This document shows, piece by piece, positions 10,410-20,843 of a stretch of DNA of 64,000 bases; within the stretch, counting starts at the first letter, position 1; each line of letters opens with the position of its first letter. The position numbers were made by a program, and so were the translations under genes. Location of the stretch: the NCBI GenBank assembly GCA_018396535.1, contig JAGTQC010000001.1, positions 128,001-192,000 of the forward strand, written 5' to 3'. The notes under the pieces are model-generated. The model ran no database searches, was not told where the DNA came from, and was given only the letters and a program-made list of their open reading frames with translations. Source of the stretch: Candidatus Bathyarchaeota archaeon (GTDB taxonomy: Archaea; Thermoproteota; CALKCG01; B24; DRYS01).

Positions 10410-10802
10410 AGGAGGAAGGTATATTATCTAAAAGACAATTTACGATGCCAGCAGAGATAACATTGAAGAAGCTTTAGCATCAGATAATGTTGAGGTTTGG
10501 ATAAATATGATAGTTATATAGATAATCAGAGAGAACAGTTAATATTGTAAGAATAGAAAAAGAGGGGCAAGTAGCGCTATTACCGGCTGGAGGTATGCTT
10601 ATAGAGATAGATTCTCTGTGTTAAACTCTGAGATAATCGATTTTGAAGAGAAGACCTGGTAGAGATAGACGCGGACCATGCATGAATATGGATTACTTAG
10701 GAGTGTATGCTATTGGAGATGTAACAAGTATACCTGAAAAGCAGATAGTAGTTGTTACCTAATGGGAGATGTAAGGCAGCGCTATCAGTTTTCAAATACT
10801 TT
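10410..10802 (+). pseudogene. trxB: thioredoxin reductase C-terminal remnant
   Basis: Broken frames give LLPAGGMLIEI, GVYAIGDVTSIPEKQIVVVT* (10700-10762) and GRCKAALSVFKY, matching the TrxB GVFAAGDV...KQIVVA.GEG.KAA consensus; multiple stops and frameshifts. Confidence 0.75.
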
Positions 10803-10890
10803 TGGTGCGGGGGGTGGGATTTGAACCCACGAAGGGCTACCCCACAGGGTTCTGAGCCCTGCGCCTTAGACCAGGCTTGGCTACCCCCGC
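10803..10890 (-). tRNA. tRNA-Leu(CAG)
   Basis: GCGGGGG acceptor, CAGGG-CTCAGAA-CCCTG anticodon arm, long variable arm, encoded CCA. Confidence 0.97.
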
Positions 10891-11653
10891 TCCGAGTTCG
10901 TGAGTATTCCATGCTATTCTCAGATTTAAGCTTTGAGAGTGTACCTATCTCCATCTGGATTAACTCTTCCATAAATTATTTGAGAAACTTGTTTATGGAA
11001 TCTGAATCTGAGGAGCCCCATCTTAAGGACTTCTCTAACCCTATCAGAGACGGCGAGGTTGAAGAAAACCGACTTAAGCATGCTTGATATATCGTTTCCG
11101 AACCTCGGACTAAGTATCGATACATAATAGATCCAATATTTAATCCTTGAGCTTTACTACTCTTATCCTCCTCTGAATTCGTCGGAAATCTCGTTAGGAT
11201 TTATTTCTCTTGATTTCGATGGAAAGAGTGGTGAAATTGCTGGTCTAGATGGAGGAGGTGAGATATATGCATCGATATATACGGCTTCTATCTTCTCTAA
11301 TTCATCGGTGGATGTAATGGTTCATCTTCGATTCATCTTAGGCTATCTCTATATTCCCTCTAGCTGATCGAGAATTAGTGCTTCGTAGATATTGTCCAGT
11401 AGTTCTAGCCTCCGGATGAGGGGCTTCTGAAGTATCTTCGGCACAGGCTTATAGCTACTTCTACGCATCGTATACTGGAGTATCGATAGGGGCTCGCCCA
11501 CGAGATTCTTCAACATTTTAGAAGCTGATTGATGAGTCATTTCTGAACTGTGCATTTTAGATTAAGCTTAGCTACTCTGCATTTCACCAGGTATTTATGG
11601 CGAGGAATTGAGGGAGGATTTAGGTTTATTCGAATGATGTGAATTCTAGGTGA

Positions 11654-12736
11654 TTAGTATATTATGGTTTCTAGTTTATCTTCTTTAATAGCTTTTTTTA
11701 TTTCCCTAGCTATCCTTCTTCCAGTCGACATTGGTTCGTTATAATAGAATACTGAGTACGGTGATCCTGATGTATAGAGGTTTGTTCCCGCCACTATTCG
11801 AGCAGATACTTCGAATACTATAAACCCTCTCTTCGGGTTGTATATGGTTTCTATACAGAATGGGCCTACGAGCCCCGGATGGAATAGCTTTCTCGAAGTT
11901 GAAACCAGCCTTACAGCTATCTCTAGTAGATCGATTAGGAGCTTCTCTCTTAATACTACAGGTTGATTACCTGTAACAGTGAAATCTAGGTAGTCTTCGA
12001 TAACGTCGGGCCAACCTCTGTATACCTCATCTATAACCTCTAATCTACGATCTATACCTAGAAGTTCTAAACTTCCATAACCTATTCCAGGTATGTTAGG
12101 TCTTCCTAATGGGCTTAGGAAAAAGTGTGGATAATATCTAACTCCAGCTATATATTCTTCGATAACGTATCCTTCTCTATACCCTAATTTTTGAAGCTTT
12201 GATTCGAGATCGTATCTATTAGAAGCTGTAAAGTATCTTGATCCACCTTTAGCTCCATGTAATTTAACTATAACTCTACGATCGACTTCGAACGGCGAAT
12301 CGTATACTTTAGGTGTAGGTATACCAGCTTCATCAAACCATCTCCTCTGTCTTCTACGATCACCCTCCCATAGCAAGGTTAACCTATTACCAAACATCGG
12401 TACTAATAGGTATTCGAGTATATTATCAGCTCCGATATACTCTACGAAAGAGCCGTGTGGTATGATTATAGCATTCTCCTTCATAAGCTTCTCCTGGATA
12501 TCCTTGTTCAGGATATCCTTGTAATCGTCGATCTCTATAAATATGTCCGGTTTAGCAATAGGGAAACTCTCATAGTATGGACGGTTCCTAGCTGTACTTA
12601 TACCTATAGTAGCGAAGCCTTCCATCCTAGCTCCATGGAATATCTGAAGAGCTGAGTGGCTACATACCGTTGCTATCTTAATATCGTTCTCATCATACCT
12701 AGATAGTATGGTAGATATATCCGCCATGGATATCAT
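11654..12736 (-). CDS. purP: PurP-family ATP-grasp (formate--phosphoribosylaminoimidazolecarboxamide ligase-like)
   Basis: SHSALQI, PHGSF, GAKGG and FEVSARIVAGTN motifs. Confidence 0.9.
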   Translation of the reverse strand: MISMADISTILSRYDENDIKIATVCSHSALQIFHGARMEGFATIGISTARNRPYYESFPIAKPDIFIEIDDYKDILNKDIQEKLMKENAIIIPHGSFVEYIGADNILEYLLVPMFGNRLTLLWEGDRRRQRRWFDEAGIPTPKVYDSPFEVDRRVIVKLHGAKGGSRYFTASNRYDLESKLQKLGYREGYVIEEYIAGVRYYPHFFLSPLGRPNIPGIGYGSLELLGIDRRLEVIDEVYRGWPDVIEDYLDFTVTGNQPVVLREKLLIDLLEIAVRLVSTSRKLFHPGLVGPFCIETIYNPKRGFIVFEVSARIVAGTNLYTSGSPYSVFYYNEPMSTGRRIAREIKKAIKEDKLETIIY

Positions 12737-13872
12737 GTAACTACTTCACCTAATCTATCTTGTTTTATAGCTTCCTTAATCTCTAGAGCTATCCTTCTTC
12801 CTACACTCATAGAGAAACCCCATAAATCCTCAGTATACGGCGTATATTTCACTCCAGGTGATCCAGGTACTCTAACGCTTACATCATAGACTACTATATC
12901 CTCTCTCGGAGGGCCTGGTGTAACTACGCTTTGAAGAGCAAACGGACCTATAATCCCTGGAGGATATTCTCTTCTCGCTATATCTACAAACTTTTCGGCT
13001 AATTCAAAAGCTCTTTCTAGCAGGGATTCTCTAACTGTACAAGCGATATGACCAACTTCTATATTCTTAACTTCAACATACTTGAGCACCTCTAATTGCT
13101 CAGGTGCAGGTATTCTTATTATGCCATCGAGATTACTCTGTCTACGCATATCTACACCTATAAGTTCAACCTCATCTGTTAGAGGAGAGTAGAAGAAGTT
13201 GAAGTTGAAGTATGCTCCTACTACGAACTCTTCTATCCTAGCTCTATGGAGGCTAGCTTCTGTTACCAACCCGCTCTTCAATAGTCTTGAAGCTTTTTCT
13301 TCATAATCCTTAGGAGATGACGCTAGGAAGAAGGCTCTTTCAAAACTTCTGAATGCTTCGGATGCTTTAACTATGACCAACCTATCTATATCGGATGGAT
13401 CCTTAAATATCTTAGGTGTGGGTATGCCTGCTTTCTCGAGTAGATAGTATTGCCCACGCTCTACATCTCTTTCCTCGATCTTAAGTAGAAATCTATTACC
13501 GAATACGGGTATGTAGAATTCATCTTCCAACGCTTTATAGCCTACATAAACGCATAAAGATCTATGAGGTATAAATACTGTATTTCTACGTATTAATTCT
13601 TCCTGTACATTACGTGATACTATTTCTCTAAATTTATCGAGAACTATGAAATCGTCTACTATACCGACATTATACTCGTAGATTTTCCTTGATCTGAAGT
13701 ACTTTGTATAGGTTTTCTCCCGGCCTTTCTCACATACTACTATGGTCTTAAACCCTTCATCCTTAGCTCCACGACATACTTCTAAGGCTGAATGACTTCC
13801 GAGAACACCTATACATATATTTCTAGTATCGTATCTTTCGAGTATACTATTTATATCCTCTCTAGATATCAT
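12733..13872 (-). CDS. purP: second PurP-family ATP-grasp protein
   Basis: GSHSALEV, PGIIGPFALQ and MSVGRRIA motifs; tandem paralogue overlapping the first by 4 nt. Confidence 0.88.
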   Translation of the reverse strand: MISREDINSILERYDTRNICIGVLGSHSALEVCRGAKDEGFKTIVVCEKGREKTYTKYFRSRKIYEYNVGIVDDFIVLDKFREIVSRNVQEELIRRNTVFIPHRSLCVYVGYKALEDEFYIPVFGNRFLLKIEERDVERGQYYLLEKAGIPTPKIFKDPSDIDRLVIVKASEAFRSFERAFFLASSPKDYEEKASRLLKSGLVTEASLHRARIEEFVVGAYFNFNFFYSPLTDEVELIGVDMRRQSNLDGIIRIPAPEQLEVLKYVEVKNIEVGHIACTVRESLLERAFELAEKFVDIARREYPPGIIGPFALQSVVTPGPPREDIVVYDVSVRVPGSPGVKYTPYTEDLWGFSMSVGRRIALEIKEAIKQDRLGEVVT

Positions 13873-13955
13873 ATTCTAGGCATTTTCTATCCGTGAGCTT
13901 TCGAATATAAGAATTATGCTTCAAGATCGGGCTTAGATCATTTTGAATGGTGCAC

Positions 13956-14420
13956 CTACCTAACTACGAGAACCGGACACTTTGCTTTTCTTACTATAGC
14001 TTCAGCTATATGACCTAAACCTGGTATTGATACAGGTTTATCCCTACCGCCTATTACGAGTAGATCATAACCCTTCTCAGCTTCTCTAAGTATCTCTTCT
14101 TCAGGCTTCCCCTTCTTAACTACGAAATCTACGGATACTCCGTAAGCTTCTGCTTCAGCTAGGGCATCTTCCATAATCTCGTGTATTCTTCTAAGCTCTT
14201 CCCTACCTATAGATTCATGCGGTATGAAACTTATAGTAGCAGGAGTACCTACACCTACAGTTATATCGTGGTGAATCCTAAACGGTTTTATCATAGGGGT
14301 ATCTGTAACGTAGAGTAAATGAATTTCAGATGGTTCGCTAAGTTTCTTGATAAGTTCTAGAATCATTTTGTATGCTTTCAAACTTGTAGGAGAGCCATCG
14401 AATGCTACTAGTATCTTCAA
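13956..14420 (-). CDS. universal stress protein (UspA family)
   Basis: KILVAFDGS...GKPEEEI...LGHIAEAIVRKAKCPVLVVR; likely TTG start at 14420. Confidence 0.9.
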   Translation of the reverse strand: MKILVAFDGSPTSLKAYKMILELIKKLSEPSEIHLLYVTDTPMIKPFRIHHDITVGVGTPATISFIPHESIGREELRRIHEIMEDALAEAEAYGVSVDFVVKKGKPEEEILREAEKGYDLLVIGGRDKPVSIPGLGHIAEAIVRKAKCPVLVVR

Positions 14421-14500
14421 TTGAACCACATCCTTATAGATATACAATGAAGCGGAGAGATTTAAAAATTCGATATCCTGAGGCCTATTAGGATAGTATA

Positions 14501-15757
14501 CTATACTCCTCTACGACCTATAGTCCTCCAGACCATTAGAGCTGTAGCTATCCTACCTACTATCGATATGATATATACGATTCTAGTAGCCCATATCAAT
14601 CCTATATATCCTTCTATGATGTTAGCGATATAACCGCCTATGAATGAACCTACGGTTGTCGTTATACCTACGAATACATTGTAGATCGCTATCCTTTCTC
14701 CACGTTCAAATTCGTTTACTATTCCTAATAGGTATGTAGTATATGCTGTTTCACCTAGAGCAGATATTAAGCCTAAAACTATGTTATTAGCTATAAGTAT
14801 CGATAGCTGACCTGTAATCTCTGCGAATAGGTATGATGTAGGAACGATTATGAGCGCCGAGCGATAGAGTGTGATTACTCGTTCACAGCTATATCTGTTT
14901 ATAACCCTATCCACATACCTCTGAATCAGAAGCGAGGATAGACCCTGGGATATACTGAGGATAGTTAGCATAGCAGGCGGAAGCTTTAGTATACTCTGTA
15001 ATGTTATAGGGAATATAGGCCAGGCTATCGATAACGCGAACGATGCTATAGCATTCACTTTACAGAATTCGTAGAAAACTCCATCTTTCTTAAGAGATTT
15101 TAAATCGTATAGATTGAGTATAGGCTTCTTAATCTTCACCCTGGTTCTCCTATCTTCCTTAACATATAGAATTATCAAGCTTGATACTATACCTATGGAG
15201 CCTGCGGTTAGGAGAGGTATCTTATAAACGTCTTTTCCGGATGCAGTGATCGTCGACGATATCCATCCAGATAATGCCGCGGCTATTATCGATCCTGCAA
15301 GACTCCAAAGCCTTATATGTGCTACGACTCTAGCTCTATCGATCGATGTAGTATTATCACCTATAAGTGCTGTCCATACTGGTGCAACAGCTGATGCAGC
15401 TAAAGTCTGTATTACTATCAAGACTAGGTATACACCTACGCTATCGGTATATGCTATTAGTATCCATGTTAAAGCTATGATTATACTACCAAAGAATATT
15501 ATCGGTACCCTCCTACCTATGCTATCACTAAGCCTACCCCAGAAGGTTTGAAGGATGGATTGTGTAAAATTCGTCGTAGATCTTATTAGACCCATATCAC
15601 TCGGGTTAGCGCCTAGTAGTATAGGATATACTGTTATGAATGGGGCAACCATACCATCCACTAGGGATGATAGTATAGATTTTACGAATAGTATTCTCAG
15701 GTTTCGATGTATATGATCCCTATCCTCCACCACTGCTAATTTTAACGGTCTATACAT
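14501..15757 (-). CDS. MFS transporter
   Basis: About 12 hydrophobic segments and motif A (WGRLSDSIGRR). Confidence 0.9.
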   Translation of the reverse strand: MYRPLKLAVVEDRDHIHRNLRILFVKSILSSLVDGMVAPFITVYPILLGANPSDMGLIRSTTNFTQSILQTFWGRLSDSIGRRVPIIFFGSIIIALTWILIAYTDSVGVYLVLIVIQTLAASAVAPVWTALIGDNTTSIDRARVVAHIRLWSLAGSIIAAALSGWISSTITASGKDVYKIPLLTAGSIGIVSSLIILYVKEDRRTRVKIKKPILNLYDLKSLKKDGVFYEFCKVNAIASFALSIAWPIFPITLQSILKLPPAMLTILSISQGLSSLLIQRYVDRVINRYSCERVITLYRSALIIVPTSYLFAEITGQLSILIANNIVLGLISALGETAYTTYLLGIVNEFERGERIAIYNVFVGITTTVGSFIGGYIANIIEGYIGLIWATRIVYIISIVGRIATALMVWRTIGRRGV

Positions 15758-15786
15758 AAAGCCTGAAAATAAGTATTCTATCTAGA

Positions 15787-18700
15787 TTATACTTCTATCG
15801 ATATATAGTATAGCTCGATTATTTCTGAGAATTTTATCATAAAACCTATATTAACCCAGTTACCGTCGAACCAGATATATACACGTTTACCTTGATAATC
15901 GAGTTCTAAGATTAGAGCTTGTATAACCTGTCTTATATATGCTAGATCTTCAGATCCGCTACACTTTACATTCTCTACTCTAACCTTTACATGAGGGTAT
16001 AAGGCTTCAGCTTCGATTATCGTTAATCCTAGATCTCTTAGGATCTTCTTTAGCTCGGCTATCTTCTCCTCTCTTCCGAGAGTATATCTGCCGTGCCCCA
16101 TATTCTCTAAAGCCTTCAATCCTGCTATACGTACCTCACCGGGATTCTTCGGATTAGATATAACGTAGGAGCCGATCTCCTGCTTCTCAGCATCTACCGC
16201 TACAACCATAGCTGGTAATACTAGATCCCGCTCCTCACCATAGAATGGAATGATATATACGAGGTTACGTTCTATTACGTATAATAGTATATTACTATAC
16301 CTCCAGTTTGGATGGAGTGTAAGCTCCCTCTTAACATCTGGGCTATTACTTACAACAGATAGAGCTGTCCATGGACCTATAACAGTCCTATCCTCAAGAC
16401 TTAGGAAATATATGTTTCCAAGCATATGTCCTGATGGAGCTATATACATACCTGCTAGATTCCTTGATGGACTCCTATACCATTCTACAAGTCTTACAGC
16501 ACACCATGTCTCCTCACCCTTAAAGCGTATGGTTATGTATCTTACATCTTCGAATAATGCTCCGGTTTGAGTTCTAGTGAAATCGTAGAATTGGTTACTC
16601 TGCCATTTAGAGAAATCTTCTTGGAAATACCAGTTGTAGCAATCTATCTGCGATTCTAGTAGCTCTTCAGGATACTTTAATTGTTTCTTAATCCACTCCG
16701 GTATAGGCTTGGACCATATGTTATACTTCGCTCTATAATACTCTGTTATATAGTCGCTTCTATATTCTTCGAGGAGATAGCCATCCATAACCCCGCTATG
16801 AAGGTCGACTAGTACGAAACCTATCAGCCTCTGTATACCCTTATACTCGTGGGATGGCCAATCTAGGTAATCGTGGGGAGGAGGCCATGAAACCCATAAC
16901 CAATATAGTAGGTATACGTTACCATCCTCACCGAATACTACATATCCACTATCAGTCGTATATAGATTGGGTAATAGCAGTTTAGATATTCTCTTCCTAC
17001 AATCTCTATCTACCAGAGCTTTTACATCTCCGTAGATGCCTTGAGCGAAATCCCATCTAAACTCCCAGAAGAATTTCCAAAAACGCCACAATCCTCTATA
17101 TATGTAATCTGGTGGACCATCATATCCAGGTGGCCCGGTATACCCTGGTAGATGTATTTCTTGGAAGCCTGAGACGCCTATATATACTTCATCAACCTCC
17201 TTCCATAATCCTCCCTCGCCATAGTATAACGTAGGATGTATCGTTAAGTTTAGTAGATCTTTAACATCTACTATCTCTGCAGAAGTAGAGTCTAGAGCTA
17301 GGATCTTTTCTGAATGTGTTAGTATGAGATGGTTAGCTCTCCATACATCTACATCCCCAGCGTATGGGGGTCTAATGGGTGTTAGTACTGCTACCCAATA
17401 CTCCTTCCCGTTCAAGTATACTATATCTATGATAGCCTCATCTATAGACATCCAGTTAACACCTACGTACGGCCTAAGATTGAGTCTAGCTGCTTCAGCT
17501 GTGAATATCCTAGTTCTCTCAAGTATACGAGTATCGTTTATCGATATAGAATTTACACCGACTATTTCGATATTATCTACAGCATAAGCCCATTTTGTAA
17601 ATCTTATAGTAGGGAGGTATGATGGGATCCAGAGATATTCGTAGGCTTTACCTTGCATCTGAGTTTCGATAGCTAACTTAGCATATATACTCGGTGATAC
17701 TATACATACGATAACCATAGCTATGGATATTATAGTGCGTAAATCGTATTCATGAATCAACCTACGGTGTATCCTATAAACTGTATAGTAGATACGCTTA
17801 CTGTAAACCGATAGTTTGAAAATTATAGCCAGACATAGGAGTATCGTAGAAGCTAGGAGTATCGTTAATGTATGGTATGGTGTAGAAGCATCGAAAACAC
17901 TCATCGGAGCTTTCAAGAAGACTACTACTAGCGACGATGATAGTATGAATAGTATGTTAGCGAGAACTCTGATCACCGATGATGAAGATGGTAGACCTAG
18001 ATGCCTAGATATCATTATAGACGCTATATCGCCTATAGATGCTAGAATTAATCTTATAACCCATATAGCTACTAATATGTAAGTGAGGGTATAGAGTATG
18101 TTATAGATTTCTAGATTCAACGCTTCGCTTATAGGATAATCTACTGGTGTCACATATGTGGGGGCTATCCTCTCAGATAGGATCGATATTATCCTAGATA
18201 TTGCTCCATAGAGGTTTAAGCCATACCTATTTATAGAGTATATTATAAGGTCTAGCTTGACTGCTAATTCGATACCAAATCTTATTACGATTATGAAAGC
18301 AGCTATAAACTTCACCACCATCCATAGAGCACCGTAAGGTATTAGACGTATTTTATCATTGAATTCAACCTCATCCACACCTATCATCGAGGGTTTAAGA
18401 ATGAATCTGTGATCGTATGAAACACCTACTAAACTATCCCTACTACCTGTGAATATCCATATGATAGGAAGAAGTTTACTTCTAGTATAGATATGCCTCC
18501 TACCATCCCTACCCATACCTACATGTATCCTTGGATCGCTGAGCACTACTATAGAAGCAACTAGGAGAGCTGTAAGCATGAGTACCCCATCTATAAACCT
18601 GATGGATAGGATGTTTAAGCCAGCTTTAGATAATACATAGCTATACTCTATATCTAGGGATAGAGAATAATCCATAGTTAATTTGAATACCGGTAAACAT

Positions 18701-18948
18701 ATCGATGGTAGGGTTATTAGGTATACAAGCACCATCCATCTGAAACCTACTACTCCATACAAAGCTATAGACACTATAACGAAGGGTATAGCTAGAGATA
18801 GAATGTTAATCAGAATAGCTACGAATAGTATAGGATAGCTTATAGGATTATCAAATACGTTTAACTGTTTCAGAAGCGATAAAAGTATGAGAGAATAAAC
18901 TACGACTATAGTTATCGTAGCTAAGCTTAGCGTCCTATACTTCCTCAC
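15787..18948 (-). CDS. UPF0182-like large membrane protein
   Basis: Multi-TM N-terminal half, then a soluble part with LxxTH, YYGE, QLKYPEEL and YIIPFY motifs. Confidence 0.7.
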   Translation of the reverse strand: MRKYRTLSLATITIVVVYSLILLSLLKQLNVFDNPISYPILFVAILINILSLAIPFVIVSIALYGVVGFRWMVLVYLITLPSICLPVFKLTMDYSLSLDIEYSYVLSKAGLNILSIRFIDGVLMLTALLVASIVVLSDPRIHVGMGRDGRRHIYTRSKLLPIIWIFTGSRDSLVGVSYDHRFILKPSMIGVDEVEFNDKIRLIPYGALWMVVKFIAAFIIVIRFGIELAVKLDLIIYSINRYGLNLYGAISRIISILSERIAPTYVTPVDYPISEALNLEIYNILYTLTYILVAIWVIRLILASIGDIASIMISRHLGLPSSSSVIRVLANILFILSSSLVVVFLKAPMSVFDASTPYHTLTILLASTILLCLAIIFKLSVYSKRIYYTVYRIHRRLIHEYDLRTIISIAMVIVCIVSPSIYAKLAIETQMQGKAYEYLWIPSYLPTIRFTKWAYAVDNIEIVGVNSISINDTRILERTRIFTAEAARLNLRPYVGVNWMSIDEAIIDIVYLNGKEYWVAVLTPIRPPYAGDVDVWRANHLILTHSEKILALDSTSAEIVDVKDLLNLTIHPTLYYGEGGLWKEVDEVYIGVSGFQEIHLPGYTGPPGYDGPPDYIYRGLWRFWKFFWEFRWDFAQGIYGDVKALVDRDCRKRISKLLLPNLYTTDSGYVVFGEDGNVYLLYWLWVSWPPPHDYLDWPSHEYKGIQRLIGFVLVDLHSGVMDGYLLEEYRSDYITEYYRAKYNIWSKPIPEWIKKQLKYPEELLESQIDCYNWYFQEDFSKWQSNQFYDFTRTQTGALFEDVRYITIRFKGEETWCAVRLVEWYRSPSRNLAGMYIAPSGHMLGNIYFLSLEDRTVIGPWTALSVVSNSPDVKRELTLHPNWRYSNILLYVIERNLVYIIPFYGEERDLVLPAMVVAVDAEKQEIGSYVISNPKNPGEVRIAGLKALENMGHGRYTLGREEKIAELKKILRDLGLTIIEAEALYPHVKVRVENVKCSGSEDLAYIRQVIQALILELDYQGKRVYIWFDGNWVNIGFMIKFSEIIELYYISIEV

Positions 18949-19018
18949 AGGGCTTTCTATCTATACTCCACACTATTAAACCTTTTATTCTAAATGAGTA
19001 GGAGGTATCAGGATAGGG

Positions 19019-19648
19019 TTGAAGAGTAGGGGTATAGTCTTTACGATCATATTAATGTCTATATCTCTCATCATACTTACTAGCTTCGGTAGATCTGAGG
19101 AGATAGCATATCCGCTATGGCTTAAACCAGGTGCTACTATAGTATATTATGGAAGATTAGGTATCGGCGAGGGGGTATTGGAAGCCACTGTGAAGTGGTA
19201 TGTAAGGAGTATCGATGCAAATAACATTATCCTAGAATCTACTATCGAATCGACTAGTTTAAGAACATCTATATCGAGAGTATTCAGTGTATCGGTAGAT
19301 ACAGGTAGGATCCTATCTATAAATGGGGAGGATGTGGATCCAAGTAGATTCTTCCTATGGATCTATCCTCCACCGAATGTAGGAGATGTAGTAGAGATAG
19401 AGGGGATCCAATATAGGATAACGCGTACGGATCGTGTAAACGCTTCTAATAGGGTATGGGAGTGTATAGTAGCTAACGCTACTATAGATAATACCTGTAT
19501 TCGTGGAAGCGTAGTTAGATGGTACGATATAGAAACTGGAGTACAGGTTAGAGTCTATATGAAGTTATCCTTCACATATAAGTTTAAGGGAGAGAATACA
19601 ACATCCTCGGCTGAAACAGATCTTATAGTATTATCGATATCATCATGA
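19019..19648 (+). CDS. hypothetical secreted protein
   Basis: Basic-hydrophobic signal peptide followed by a beta-rich body. Confidence 0.7.
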   Translation: MKSRGIVFTIILMSISLIILTSFGRSEEIAYPLWLKPGATIVYYGRLGIGEGVLEATVKWYVRSIDANNIILESTIESTSLRTSISRVFSVSVDTGRILSINGEDVDPSRFFLWIYPPPNVGDVVEIEGIQYRITRTDRVNASNRVWECIVANATIDNTCIRGSVVRWYDIETGVQVRVYMKLSFTYKFKGENTTSSAETDLIVLSISS

Positions 19649-19659
19649 TGAGTGCTATC

Positions 19660-20448
19660 CTAGCCGATAATCCTAGGTATCGTTACATATATTAGCATCC
19701 AAGCGAGTACTGTTATACCCTGCATTATGAGTGTACGTCCTCTATCGAGTTCTGCAAGCTTACCGACACCTATACCTGAAACCGTTATAACCCATATGGG
19801 GAAGGCGTAGAATAGTATATTCGATGCCTGAACTATGATGGAATTTCTCCATACCTCATCAGCTATAACGTTCAACCTATCTAAACTATTCCATACAGCT
19901 ATCTGATGCTTCACAGCTTGTATAGATGATAGTAGTGTTAGAACCTCTATCCTAGATGTTATCCTATAAGTTACATCAGGTACAAAGGGTAGGAGGATGA
20001 CCTGGAGTAGAGATGATATTATGTATGCTGTAAACGAGAAGCCTACACATAGTATAGTTCCAGGGAAGCTTCTCTCACCACCTAGAAGCCATGATGATAA
20101 GTATAGAATAACGGCTGTGATCAGGAAGTTTATACCGAGGCTCACAGTATTGGATATGAAGTTCATCAGCGTAGTCATAGGCCAGCCGTAGATATCTACG
20201 AAGGTGAAGCTTTCACCAACCTCTACATCATAGTATATGATCTTCGTAGCTTGGAGTAGTACATACGATAAACCAGCAGATAAACCAGTTAGTACGAATA
20301 GGAGGAGTACCCATAGATAATCTGGGTCTTCGAATACCTCATCATACACGTCATACGGCTTGAATAGTACTTTAAAACTCCATACACCCCTACCGCAAAT
20401 CCAACGTTTAGCCCTCGCTACTAGACCTTCTTCCACGCCTCTTCTCAC
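19660..20448 (-). CDS. Yip1 family membrane protein
   Basis: VLFKP..VY..V N-terminal motif, five TM segments, LLGGERSF loop. Confidence 0.75.
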   Translation of the reverse strand: MRRGVEEGLVARAKRWICGRGVWSFKVLFKPYDVYDEVFEDPDYLWVLLLFVLTGLSAGLSYVLLQATKIIYYDVEVGESFTFVDIYGWPMTTLMNFISNTVSLGINFLITAVILYLSSWLLGGERSFPGTILCVGFSFTAYIISSLLQVILLPFVPDVTYRITSRIEVLTLLSSIQAVKHQIAVWNSLDRLNVIADEVWRNSIIVQASNILFYAFPIWVITVSGIGVGKLAELDRGRTLIMQGITVLAWMLIYVTIPRIIG

Positions 20449-20830
20449 CTATAGATATAGCTTCTCTAGGTAGGAAGGCTATAAGCTTCCTCTCAGCTAG
20501 CCTCCTTAGAAATAGGAGGAGGGGTGTTTCAGCTTCCACCTTAGCTAGCTTATATTTAGAACATATCCTAGATAATATATCCTCCACACTATTCCTCCCA
20601 TCCATATTCAACCATATGAATGAACCTATATCATCTAGGTTTAACCTCTTCTCCTTCTTAACACCCCCACCCTTCCTAACAACTATATACACACCCCCAT
20701 CCGCATACTCACCCCACTCTACTATAGGGTTACGTACAGGTATCAGCTTCATAAAATCCTCTCTTGTAGGAGCTTCTCTACTCTCCCTGCGCCTCCTCCT
20801 GAAAAGCTTAGCGAAGATATTCGGAGACAT
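20408..20830 (-). CDS. PqqD family / RiPP recognition element (RRE) protein
   Basis: LDDIGSFIWLNMDGRNSVEDI...FLRRLAERKLI is a typical PqqD winged-helix signature. Confidence 0.88.
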   Translation of the reverse strand: MSPNIFAKLFRRRRRESREAPTREDFMKLIPVRNPIVEWGEYADGGVYIVVRKGGGVKKEKRLNLDDIGSFIWLNMDGRNSVEDILSRICSKYKLAKVEAETPLLLFLRRLAERKLIAFLPREAISIGEKRRGRRSSSEG

Positions 20831-20843
20831 AGCTTAACCACCT

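Noticed and set aside
10697-11087. ORFs 10697-10972(-) and 10752-11087(+)
   Set aside because: They run across tRNA-Leu(CAG) and are spurious, apart from a few codons belonging to the trxB relic.
10900-11600. Stop-free stretches and a 68-aa ORF upstream of tRNA-Leu
   Set aside because: Possibly a decayed gene, but no recognisable motif or credible start was found.
19645-19700. ATGATGA as the C box of a C/D sRNA
   Set aside because: It coincides with tandem stop codons and has no properly spaced CTGA D box.
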